From: an uncultured Bacilli bacterium
GTDB taxonomy: Bacteria > Bacillota_I > Bacilli_A > RF39 > UBA660
DNA: 64,000 bases
NCBI GenBank assembly: GCA_934168005.1
Contig: CAKPMN010000003.1
Location: 1,100 to 65,099, forward strand
Direction of reading: 5' to 3'
A program made the position numbers and the translations under genes. Numbering within the stretch: position 1 is the stretch's first letter; every line of letters starts with the position of its first letter. This document shows, one piece after another, positions 51,609-59,519 of the stretch. Under the pieces are notes generated by a model that did no database searches, was not told where the DNA came from, and saw only the letters and a list, made by a program, of their open reading frames with translations.

Positions 51609-52328
51609 ATGTTAGTGAAAAATATATCTGTTAATAGCTTTATTTTGCTATTAAAATATGCATTTGAGACATGCAACTATATCTCATTATTTGAACATTA
51701 TTATAATGATCGTTGTGGAGAAGATATTAGAAATTTAATACTAGAAGAAGAAAATTTAAACAGGAAAGAATTTTTTCAGAAATATGTATTTGATGATATA
51801 TCTAATATATGTAAATTATATGAAGATAATAAAAAAATTCAATTTCTTGTGAAACCGTTTTATGAACAAATTAGTTTTAAAGAATTTTCAATAGAGAAAG
51901 TTACAAATATGTATATAAAAAGAGCTATTGAGAATTATTTTTATAAATATAATATAAGAAACTTTTTGTATCAGCATTTTTGTTGCATTAAATGTGTGAA
52001 AAATGTATACCCTGAGCTTACAAGAGGAATTGAGCCATATGGAATAACTTATTATTTAAGTATTGATAATAAAACGAAAAATTCGTTATTAGATAAAAAA
52101 AATATCTGGGATTGGAAATATCCATACAGCTTAGAAGATCTTTGCTTTTTAAGAAATAATCAATATTGGCTTAAATCCGTTGCTCATGAAAAAATATGCA
52201 ATATTTATTGTGAATCAGAGGAAGAATATGAATATTTGAAGTCTATAGGTATTGAATTTTATGATAATAAATACGTACCTATATCTGAAATAGAGAAAAA
52301 GGAATTGATAGTAGCTGGATTAAATTAA
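51609..52328 (+). CDS. Candidate cognate immunity protein 1 (239 aa)
   Basis: Starts 17 nt after the rhs stop with RBS GAGGAG. It is a cytoplasmic-looking paralog of 53555-54274. Confidence 0.6.
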   Translation: MLVKNISVNSFILLLKYAFETCNYISLFEHYYNDRCGEDIRNLILEEENLNRKEFFQKYVFDDISNICKLYEDNKKIQFLVKPFYEQISFKEFSIEKVTNMYIKRAIENYFYKYNIRNFLYQHFCCIKCVKNVYPELTRGIEPYGITYYLSIDNKTKNSLLDKKNIWDWKYPYSLEDLCFLRNNQYWLKSVAHEKICNIYCESEEEYEYLKSIGIEFYDNKYVPISEIEKKELIVAGLN

Positions 52329-52348
52329 TAGTTACTTTGGAAAATATA
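52146..52348 (+). repeat. Downstream homology arm, copy 1 (3' end of immunity gene 1 plus its trailer)
   Basis: About 200 nt matching 54092-54294, with roughly a dozen substitutions and one indel by eye. Confidence 0.85.
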
Positions 52349-52350
52349 GT

Positions 52351-52707
52351 ATGATCAAGAAAATTAATGTAAATTGGAAAAGAATAGTATTATTGATTAT
52401 AATCATACTTATAGCTTATCTTTTGTTTTTTAGTAAATTAAGAATGATGTGGTTACCTGAAGGAGAATATATTGAGAGTGTTACTTCTCCTAATGGTAAA
52501 TATACGTTAAGGTCTTATAAATATAGTGGTGGAGCTACAACAGATTGGCATTTAAGAGTAGAAGTAGTGGAAAATGAAACTAGAAAATCATTTAATATAT
52601 ATTATAAGTATCATGAATACGATTCAGATATGAAATGGATTGATAATGAAAATGTTATAATTAATGATCGGAAAATGAACATTCATAAAGACTATGTTTT
52701 AGAATGA
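52351..52707 (+). CDS. DUF5412-like small membrane-anchored protein
   Basis: 118 aa. Has an N-terminal TM helix, then LPEGEYIESVTSPNGKYTLRSYKYSGGATT...KWIDNENVIIN, which resembles DUF5412 proteins of Firmicutes. Confidence 0.55.
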   Translation: MIKKINVNWKRIVLLIIIILIAYLLFFSKLRMMWLPEGEYIESVTSPNGKYTLRSYKYSGGATTDWHLRVEVVENETRKSFNIYYKYHEYDSDMKWIDNENVIINDRKMNIHKDYVLE

Positions 52708-53539
52708 CAATAAAGATGTATTAGCAAACTATACATACGATTCTTGGGGAAAAATTATTTCTATAAAAGATAATAATAATACTGAAATAACATCAAATAC
52801 TCACATAGCAAATATAAACTCATTTAGATATAGAAGTTATTACTATGATTCAGAAACTAAACTATATTATTTAAATAGTAGATATTATAATCCAGAATGG
52901 GGAAGATTTATAAATGCAGATGGAACAATAGGAGCAAATGAAGATATCTTATCTTATAACTTATATATTTATGTAAGTAATAATCCAGTTAATAATGTTG
53001 ATATAGATGGACATTTTGCATTAACAATGTTTTCTAATATGATATATACAGCAATTGTGGTAGTAACAGCGATAGTGGTTAGTAAAACTATAAGCAATAC
53101 TTTATCTGGTACAAGCTTAGCTTTTCCGACGCGAAAACGACTTGAAATGCCAGATTTGACAAAGGTCAAATCTAAAGCTGAAGCCAAATCAAAAACAAAA
53201 TCTAAGGTTACTTCTAAAGTTGCCGCTGTTTCAAAAGCTAAAGAAGATGTTACTAAGAAAGATGTAACTAAACCTTGTACGCGTGCTAAATTAGTAAAAA
53301 ATGATGTTAAAAGATATGGCGAAAGACTTAGTGTTGAAGAGACAGCTAATATTGTTATGAGAGGGAATGATGTAATGTGTGATACTGAACTTGATGTATG
53401 GCTTGTTGGAAATGAAATAAATGGTGGCATATACTATGACGGTAAACATAGGGAATTACCTAATTACTATTTTCATTATCATCCAAATATTTGGAACTCT
53501 TCGAATGGTGAACATCCACACATATGGTATTTAAATTAG
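52703..53539 (+). pseudogene. Orphan rhs 3' fragment with an alternative toxin tip (no start codon or RBS of its own)
   Basis: The frame opens right after a TAG at 52700-52702 and encodes ..YTYDSWGKIISI...RYYNPEWGRFINAD...DIDGH plus the toxin region. The last ~45 aa differ from the main gene. The first in-frame ATG (53027) has no RBS. Confidence 0.75.
52708..53397 (+). repeat. Upstream homology arm, copy 2
   Basis: See 50767-51456. Confidence 0.95.
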
Positions 53540-53554
53540 AAAAGAGATGAAAAA

Positions 53555-54274
53555 ATGCTTGTAAAAAATTTTTCTAAAGATAGTTTTATTAAATTGAAAA
53601 AATATGCTATTGACAGAAGCAATTATATTTCTTTCTTTATTCAATATAACCGTTGTCATGAGTGTAGTGCTTCGATAATTCAAACTATTCTTGAAATAGA
53701 AAAAAATGATGAAAACTCATTTTTTAAAACCTATACAATAGATGACATTTCAAATTTGAGTGAAAAATATAAGAATATTTATAAGATTAAAAAAATAGTT
53801 GAAATGTATTTGAAAAATTATATTAAAAATGATATTTGCATTGAAAAAGTTACTGAAAGTTACATCTATATAGCACTTACTGACGCATTTTATAAGTATT
53901 ATTCAAAAGAAAATTTAAAAAATTATATGAGTGAGTTAGTATATGAAGAAAAACAATTTTATGGGCAAAATAATTATTTGTTTGGAATAACTTATTATTT
54001 CAAGAATACAGGAAAAGTAAAGAAAGATATTTTGGAAAGTGATAAGATTTTATGGGAATGGATTTTTCCGTATTGTCAGGAAAATATTTGTTTTTTAAGA
54101 AATAATCAATATTGGCTTAAATCAGTTGCTCATGAAAAAATATGCAATATTTATTGCGAATCAGAGGAAGAATATGAATATCTGAAGTCTATAGGTATTG
54201 AATTTTATGAAGATAAATATGTACCTATATCTGAAATAGAGAGAAAAGAATTGATGGTAGCTGGATTAGATTAA
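53555..54274 (+). CDS. Candidate immunity protein 2, paired with the orphan tip (239 aa)
   Basis: Same length and spacing as immunity 1. The N-terminal ~175 aa are diverged, and the last ~65 aa are nearly identical (CFLRNNQYWLKSVAHEKICNIYCESEEEYEYLKSIGIEFY). Confidence 0.6.
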   Translation: MLVKNFSKDSFIKLKKYAIDRSNYISFFIQYNRCHECSASIIQTILEIEKNDENSFFKTYTIDDISNLSEKYKNIYKIKKIVEMYLKNYIKNDICIEKVTESYIYIALTDAFYKYYSKENLKNYMSELVYEEKQFYGQNNYLFGITYYFKNTGKVKKDILESDKILWEWIFPYCQENICFLRNNQYWLKSVAHEKICNIYCESEEEYEYLKSIGIEFYEDKYVPISEIERKELMVAGLD

Positions 54275-54294
54275 TAGTTACTTAGAAAAATATA
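54092..54294 (+). repeat. Downstream homology arm, copy 2
   Basis: See 52146-52348. Confidence 0.85.
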
Positions 54295-54388
54295 ATATAA
54301 AAATAATTATATGTTAAAATTATTTTGTAAAACATTCTGAAGAGATTCTAAAAAAATAGAATTTCTTTTTATATAGAGGAGAGTTAAA

Positions 54389-54688
54389 ATGGTACAAATT
54401 ATTTTTGAATATTGGTTGGAACTTTTATTAACTTCTTTAACAACAGGAATAATATATATATTTAAACAATATGTTGGTCTAAAAAATGGTGTAAAGGCAA
54501 TGCTTAGAAATGAAATTGTGAGAATATATGAAAATTATTCAAAATTAGGGTATTGCCCTAGTTATATGAAAGAAAATGTAAGCGAAATATATGTAAGTTA
54601 TCATAAATTAAAAGGAAATGGAATGGCTACTTATATGATAAATGAAATTTATAAATTACCAAATGAATTTAAGGAGAGTGATGTATGA
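54389..54688 (+). CDS. Hypothetical single-TM protein, first gene of the lysis cassette
   Basis: 99 aa with an N-terminal hydrophobic helix. Its stop overlaps the start of the holin-like gene (ATGA). Confidence 0.45.
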   Translation: MVQIIFEYWLELLLTSLTTGIIYIFKQYVGLKNGVKAMLRNEIVRIYENYSKLGYCPSYMKENVSEIYVSYHKLKGNGMATYMINEIYKLPNEFKESDV

Positions 54689-54888
54689 AAGAAAAAATAA
54701 TCATCCAATTTTGTGAATTATTAAAAGTAAAATCTATTATTACATTAATAGCCTTTATAGCTTTTTTCTACTTGGCTATTAATTCGAAATTAGACACTGA
54801 TAATTTTATGTTAGTGTTAGGAATGATTACAACTTATTTTTTTAATAAAGATCAAAAAGAAGAGGAGCACCATGAAGAAGGCAATTGA
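54685..54888 (+). CDS. Holin-like protein (67 aa, two TM, charged tail)
   Basis: Two hydrophobic segments (SIITLIAFIAFFYLAI and FMLVLGMITTYFF) plus the tail NKDQKEEEHHEEGN. It overlaps the endolysin start. Confidence 0.6.
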   Translation: MKEKIIIQFCELLKVKSIITLIAFIAFFYLAINSKLDTDNFMLVLGMITTYFFNKDQKEEEHHEEGN

Positions 54889-55729
54889 TATATCTTATTA
54901 TCAAAAAAATGTTGATTATAAAAAAGTAAAAGAATCTGGTATTGAAATGGTAATTCTTAGAGCAGGTTTTACAGGCTATGGAATTAATAAACTAAAAAAT
55001 AAAGATAAGCTATTTGAAGAACATTACAATGGTTTTAAAAATGTAGGTATTCCAATAGGTGTCTATTGGTATTCTTGTGCATATACAGAAGAAGAAGCGG
55101 AAGAAGAAGCGTTAAAAGTTCTAGAAATTGTGAAAAACAAAGAAATTGAACTACCTATATTTATTGATGTTGAAGACAATCATGATATTACAAAATCAGG
55201 TTTAGCAAAGCAAAATCAATATGAACTCAGTCGTAATGAGTTAACTAAAGTAGTTGCAAGATTCTGTGAAATAATAGAAAAAAATGGCTATTATGTTGGA
55301 ATATATGCTAGTACGCATTGGTTAAATAAAAAGCTAGACATGAATATTTTAAAAAGATATGATATTTGGGTAGCTCATTATAATGTAAAGAAACCAACCT
55401 ATAATGGAACTTATGGGATATGGCAATATACATCAAAAGGAAATGTTAGTGGCATAAATGGCAATGTTGATTTGGATTACATATATAAAGCATATCCAGA
55501 TATTATTAGGAATAAAGGGCTTAATAACTTATCACAGAAAAAATATGATAAAAATAATTCAGAAGAAAATATATATTACAAAGTTCAGAAAGGTGACAAC
55601 CTTACCAAAATAGCTAAAAAATATAATATTGATTTAAGAATATTGTATGAAGAAAATAAAAATATTATTGGTAATAATCCTAATTTAATTTATCCGAATC
55701 AAATTTTAAAAATAACAAAAAAATATTAA
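54872..55729 (+). CDS. GH25 muramidase with a C-terminal LysM domain (endolysin-type)
   Basis: 285 aa. GH25 N-terminus AIDISYYQKNVDYKKVKESGIEMVILRAG...IFIDVED, no signal peptide, and LysM YYKVQKGDNLTKIAKKYNIDL...IYPNQILKI. Confidence 0.85.
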   Translation: MKKAIDISYYQKNVDYKKVKESGIEMVILRAGFTGYGINKLKNKDKLFEEHYNGFKNVGIPIGVYWYSCAYTEEEAEEEALKVLEIVKNKEIELPIFIDVEDNHDITKSGLAKQNQYELSRNELTKVVARFCEIIEKNGYYVGIYASTHWLNKKLDMNILKRYDIWVAHYNVKKPTYNGTYGIWQYTSKGNVSGINGNVDLDYIYKAYPDIIRNKGLNNLSQKKYDKNNSEENIYYKVQKGDNLTKIAKKYNIDLRILYEENKNIIGNNPNLIYPNQILKITKKY

Positions 55730-55824
55730 AAATACACTTCAAAAAATGTTTTCTAGTGAGGAATATAGTGAAGAGTTTGTCCTCTTCGTTTGACTAAAAA
55801 AATAATAGAAGGGAGAGAGTATAT

Positions 55825-56481
55825 ATGATAGAAAGTAATTCATCTGATTTTACAATGGATGATATTTATTTTAAAGATGCATTTACTATTGAAAATGATA
55901 AGTTAAATTTAGAAGTAAATGATATAACTGCTGATTCGATAATCTCAAAAAATAATAAATTTAGTTTAGATTCTGAAGGTAATTTAGTGGTAAAAACTAT
56001 TACCCCAACAGATGGTATTGCTAATATATCAGGTTTAGGTAATTTGATATATCCAGTTGGAAGTATATATATTTCAACAAACTCTGTTGATCCATCTGTC
56101 TTATTTGGAGGAATGTGGGAATTAAAGAAGAATCGTTTTCTAATTGGAGCAGGCGATAATTATTCTATTGGTGCAATAGGTGGCGATACTACTTTTAATA
56201 CAAGTTCTTATTCAGGTTTGACAGGTAGTACAGCACTTACAATAAATCAAATTCCAAGTCATCAACATAATATTCAAGGTTATAATAATTCTGGATCATC
56301 AGTTACTTGGACAGATAGAGCTATAAGTTATCAAGCTAATTCAAAAGGTTATAGTTCTGGCATTAGGACTAGTTATGTTGGAGGTAGCGAAGGTCATAAT
56401 CACACTTTAGAGCCTCATCAACATAGTGTGTCTGTTTTGCCTCCTTACCTAGCAGTTAATATTTGGGAAAGAATTAGATAA
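55825..56481 (+). CDS. Phage tail-collar-domain (MdpB/COG4675-like) protein
   Basis: 218 aa. Contains PVGSIYIS...GGMWELKKNRFLIGAG, the HxH motifs SHQHNI and GHNHTLEPHQHSV, and the ending PPYLAVNIWERI. Confidence 0.7.
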   Translation: MIESNSSDFTMDDIYFKDAFTIENDKLNLEVNDITADSIISKNNKFSLDSEGNLVVKTITPTDGIANISGLGNLIYPVGSIYISTNSVDPSVLFGGMWELKKNRFLIGAGDNYSIGAIGGDTTFNTSSYSGLTGSTALTINQIPSHQHNIQGYNNSGSSVTWTDRAISYQANSKGYSSGIRTSYVGGSEGHNHTLEPHQHSVSVLPPYLAVNIWERIR

Positions 56482-56560
56482 TTATTTTTTTAGTACGAAT
56501 AACCCTCGGATTATTTTCCGGGGGTTATTTTGAAAAGTTTTTGCATTAAAAAGAAAGTCA

Positions 56561-57178
56561 TTAGACTTTCTTTAATTTTCCTTCTTTTAGTAGATTCAAT
56601 AATTTTATATTTTGTGTTGCGGTTCCTTTATATGAAGTTATACCATTTTTTAAAGCTATTTTTTTTCTAAATGTATAGCTACTATCAATTTTTAAACTTT
56701 TTAATGCATCTACTAATGAATTTGTGTTTCCTATGTATTTTTTATAATATATATCAGTATTTTTATTAGTATTTTCTTCAAATGAATTACTTAAATAATA
56801 AGTTGGATTGATTCTACTTTTTTCTTTCCATACTTCAAAATGTAGGTGTTTTCCATATGCATTTCCTGAGTCACCCATATATCCTAAAATATCACCTTTT
56901 TTGACTTTTTGATTCTTTTTTACTTTCACATATTCTAAGTGAGCATATAATGTATAATAGTTATTATTATGTTTGATTTTTATAAAATTTCCATATGATT
57001 CATTTCCTTTTGAATTTTTATTATTAGTTTTGCCTGTCTGTATTAATATAACTGTTCCATCACTGTGAGCTGTTATAAAATCAAGAGTGTGGTTTTTACC
57101 TACAATATCAATAGCTTGATGACTTTTAGAATATTTATTTGTAATAATTGCTTCTTTACTTTTTAATACTCTATTCAT
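56561..57178 (-). CDS. M23-family peptidoglycan endopeptidase
   Basis: 205 aa. Contains HQAIDI, YAHL and GDSGNAYGKHLHFEV. No signal peptide. Confidence 0.85.
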   Translation of the reverse strand: MNRVLKSKEAIITNKYSKSHQAIDIVGKNHTLDFITAHSDGTVILIQTGKTNNKNSKGNESYGNFIKIKHNNNYYTLYAHLEYVKVKKNQKVKKGDILGYMGDSGNAYGKHLHFEVWKEKSRINPTYYLSNSFEENTNKNTDIYYKKYIGNTNSLVDALKSLKIDSSYTFRKKIALKNGITSYKGTATQNIKLLNLLKEGKLKKV

Positions 57179-57344
57179 TTTTATCCTTCTTTCTCGTAAA
57201 AAAATAGGTTATTGTCATTGTTATAATATTGCTGAAGAGTAAGAAAATATCTTTGTTTAGTTCTACTCCTTTTATAATTGCTATATTTAAAGTGATAATT
57301 AGTGAAATAGCAATTATACTTTTAGTATTAAAAATTCTTTTCAT
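57171..57344 (-). CDS. Holin-like small membrane protein (57 aa, unannotated), translationally coupled to the M23 peptidase
   Basis: Hand translation gives MKRIFNTKSIIAISLIITLNIAIIKGVELNKDIFLLFSNIITMTITYFFTRKKDKNE. RBS AGGAGG is present. Its TAG overlaps the M23 ATG. It is a paralog of the 54685-54888 product (KSII.., L.[KT]D.F.L, IT.YFF + charged tail). Confidence 0.55.
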   Translation of the reverse strand: MKRIFNTKSIIAISLIITLNIAIIKGVELNKDIFLLFSNIITMTITYFFTRKKDKNE

Positions 57345-57463
57345 ATTCCTCCTTTCTTACAATACATTATGCATATTAGAATTTATTGTTTGTTTTAAAG
57401 TAACATGTGTTCTAAATTTTATATAAAAACATATCTTTAAATAGGTAAAACTGGAGGAAAGAT

Positions 57464-57958
57464 ATGATTAATAAGAAAAATTTATGGTTTTTAACATTAT
57501 TTAGTTTGATTTTAGTATTAAGCGTTTATTACATAACTATGCCATCTGAATTATTACTTCCAAGCGCTTATACTGGAAATGATGATTCTAAAAGTACTGT
57601 TACATCTTTAGAAAGTGAAATTTTAACTGCTCTTAGAACTTCTTCTGATCAAGAACTTATGGAAGAGATGGATGCCTTAAAATTAGTTCTAAATGATTCT
57701 AATGCAAGTGCACAATCTAAAAATGAAGCTTTTGATAAAATGAAGAATTTGAATATTAATAAATCAAAAGAAATAGAAATAGAAAAAATTATAAAAGATA
57801 AACTTAAAGTTGATACTTTTGTTAAAATAAAAGATGACAAAGTTAAAGTAACAGTTGATAAAAAAGAACACGATGTATCATTTTCTAACTCTATTATGAG
57901 ATTAGTTCAAGAACAATTTGATACAAAAAAATATATAACAGTAGAATTTAAAGGATAA
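57464..57958 (+). CDS. spoIIIAH: Stage III sporulation protein AH
   Basis: 164 aa. The N-terminus KKNLWFLTLFSLILVLSVYYI closely resembles the B. subtilis SpoIIIAH anchor. YscJ-like C-terminal domain. Confidence 0.8.
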   Translation: MINKKNLWFLTLFSLILVLSVYYITMPSELLLPSAYTGNDDSKSTVTSLESEILTALRTSSDQELMEEMDALKLVLNDSNASAQSKNEAFDKMKNLNINKSKEIEIEKIIKDKLKVDTFVKIKDDKVKVTVDKKEHDVSFSNSIMRLVQEQFDTKKYITVEFKG

Positions 57959-58061
57959 CTCCTTTTTTTCTTTTGGGTTTTTATATACACTAAAATTTCT
58001 TTTTAACATAGAATAATATGAATAAATATAAACCACCCAACTTAGAAAGTGAGGGAGTAAA

Positions 58062-58268
58062 GTGAGTAAAAATATTTTGACTAAGCGTGAACATGAAGTT
58101 TTTGAACTTTTAATTTTGAATAAAACAACATCTGAGATAGCTACAAAATTAAATATAAGTGAAAAGACTGTTAGAAATCATATTTCTAATGCGATGCAAA
58201 AGCTTGGTGTAAAGGGAAGAGCAAGTGCTGTTGTTGAACTTTTAAAATTAGGAGAACTTTCTTTATAA
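58062..58268 (+). CDS. gerE: LuxR-type spore transcription regulator GerE
   Basis: 68 aa. Contains LTKREHEVFELL...KTTSEIATKLNISEKTVRNHISNAMQKLGVKGRASAVVELLKLGEL, nearly collinear with GerE. Confidence 0.85.
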   Translation: MSKNILTKREHEVFELLILNKTTSEIATKLNISEKTVRNHISNAMQKLGVKGRASAVVELLKLGELSL

Positions 58269-58318
58269 AAGTCGCATTTATGCGATTTTTTTTCATAGAA
58301 TTTATTAAGAGGTGTTTT

Positions 58319-59269
58319 ATGCTAAAACGTAAATTTACAAAAAAAATTTTAATAACAACTGCTATACTTTTCTCATATTTTTTAATGACTTTTTTTCCGA
58401 AAGATAATAATAAAATAAAACAGTCGTTAGAATATGTATCTAGTTATCCTAAAAGTTCTATTTATCTTATTGATCAATATAATATGGTTTCTAGGACGAA
58501 TGTTTATGTAGAAAATGAAAAAGATATAGTAAAAAAAGCTAAGAATATGATTAATATGTTGATATTAGAAGGTGAAAGTGAAGTTAAATTACCAAGTGGT
58601 TTTAAAGGAATTATTCCAAATGATACTAAAATATTAGATATAAGTTTGGATAATTCTCTTTTAAAGATTAATTTTAGTAAAGATATTTTGAATGTTGATA
58701 AGTCAAATGAAGAAAAGATGATAGAAGCCATAGTATTTACTTTGACTGAAATAGATGGTATAGATAAAATTATTATTTATGTAGAAGGAGATATTTTAAG
58801 TAAATTACCTAAGTCTAAAATAAATTTACCTGGTGTTTTAGATAGAAGTTTTGGAATAAATAAAGAATTTGCTTGTTCTACTTATAATGATTTAAATAAA
58901 GTAACTATATATTATGTTAGTAAATATAATGATGATTACTATTATGTTCCAGTAACTAAATATTTAGATAATAATGATGATAAAATTAAAATAATAATAG
59001 ATGAATTATCAAGTAGTTCATTAAGTTCTACTAACCTAATGAGTTTCTTAAATGATGATGTTAAACTTTTAGCAACATTAGAAGATGTTGATAGTTTAAA
59101 TTTAGTTTTTAATGAGTATATATTTAGTGATGTTAATACTAAAAATATATTGGAAGAAGTTATTTATTCTATAAGTTTATCTGTTAGAGATAATTACGAT
59201 GTTAAACAGGTTATTTTTAAATATAATGATGATGAAATTTACAAAAGTGTGTTAAAAACTCTTGAATAA
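58319..59269 (+). CDS. gerM: GerM-like germination/sporulation protein (GerMN domains)
   Basis: About 316 aa from MLKRKF (RBS AGAGGTG). Has an N-terminal anchor and two GerMN-like halves. Adjacent to gerE and spoIIIAH. Confidence 0.6.
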   Translation: MLKRKFTKKILITTAILFSYFLMTFFPKDNNKIKQSLEYVSSYPKSSIYLIDQYNMVSRTNVYVENEKDIVKKAKNMINMLILEGESEVKLPSGFKGIIPNDTKILDISLDNSLLKINFSKDILNVDKSNEEKMIEAIVFTLTEIDGIDKIIIYVEGDILSKLPKSKINLPGVLDRSFGINKEFACSTYNDLNKVTIYYVSKYNDDYYYVPVTKYLDNNDDKIKIIIDELSSSSLSSTNLMSFLNDDVKLLATLEDVDSLNLVFNEYIFSDVNTKNILEEVIYSISLSVRDNYDVKQVIFKYNDDEIYKSVLKTLE

Positions 59270-59313
59270 ATAAAATAAATATTATATAATGTTAATGTTC
59301 TTAAGGAACATTT

Positions 59314-59390
<77 letters not shown>

Positions 59391-59519
59391 TTTATGAAAA
59401 TAGCCGTTGAAATTCAACGGTTTTTCTTTTATGTTGAACACTTATAATTAGAATTATAAATTTTAAAAAAATATTTATAATTTTTTTATTTTGTGTTATA
59501 TTTATAATAGAGGTGTTAT

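Larger units (their letters stand above)
44448..57344. mobile_element. Accessory island downstream of tRNA-Ala: Rhs toxin locus plus phage-derived lysis/tail remnants, no integrase seen
   Basis: The content switches from housekeeping genes to toxin/immunity, ICE-type sigma-like, holin, endolysin and tail-collar genes directly after a tRNA. Sporulation core genes resume at 57464. Boundaries are approximate. Confidence 0.5.

Noticed and set aside
57229-57426. 65-aa plus-strand ORF-track entry.
   Set aside because: The minus-strand 57-codon ORF, with an AGGAGG RBS and translational coupling to the M23 gene, explains this DNA better.
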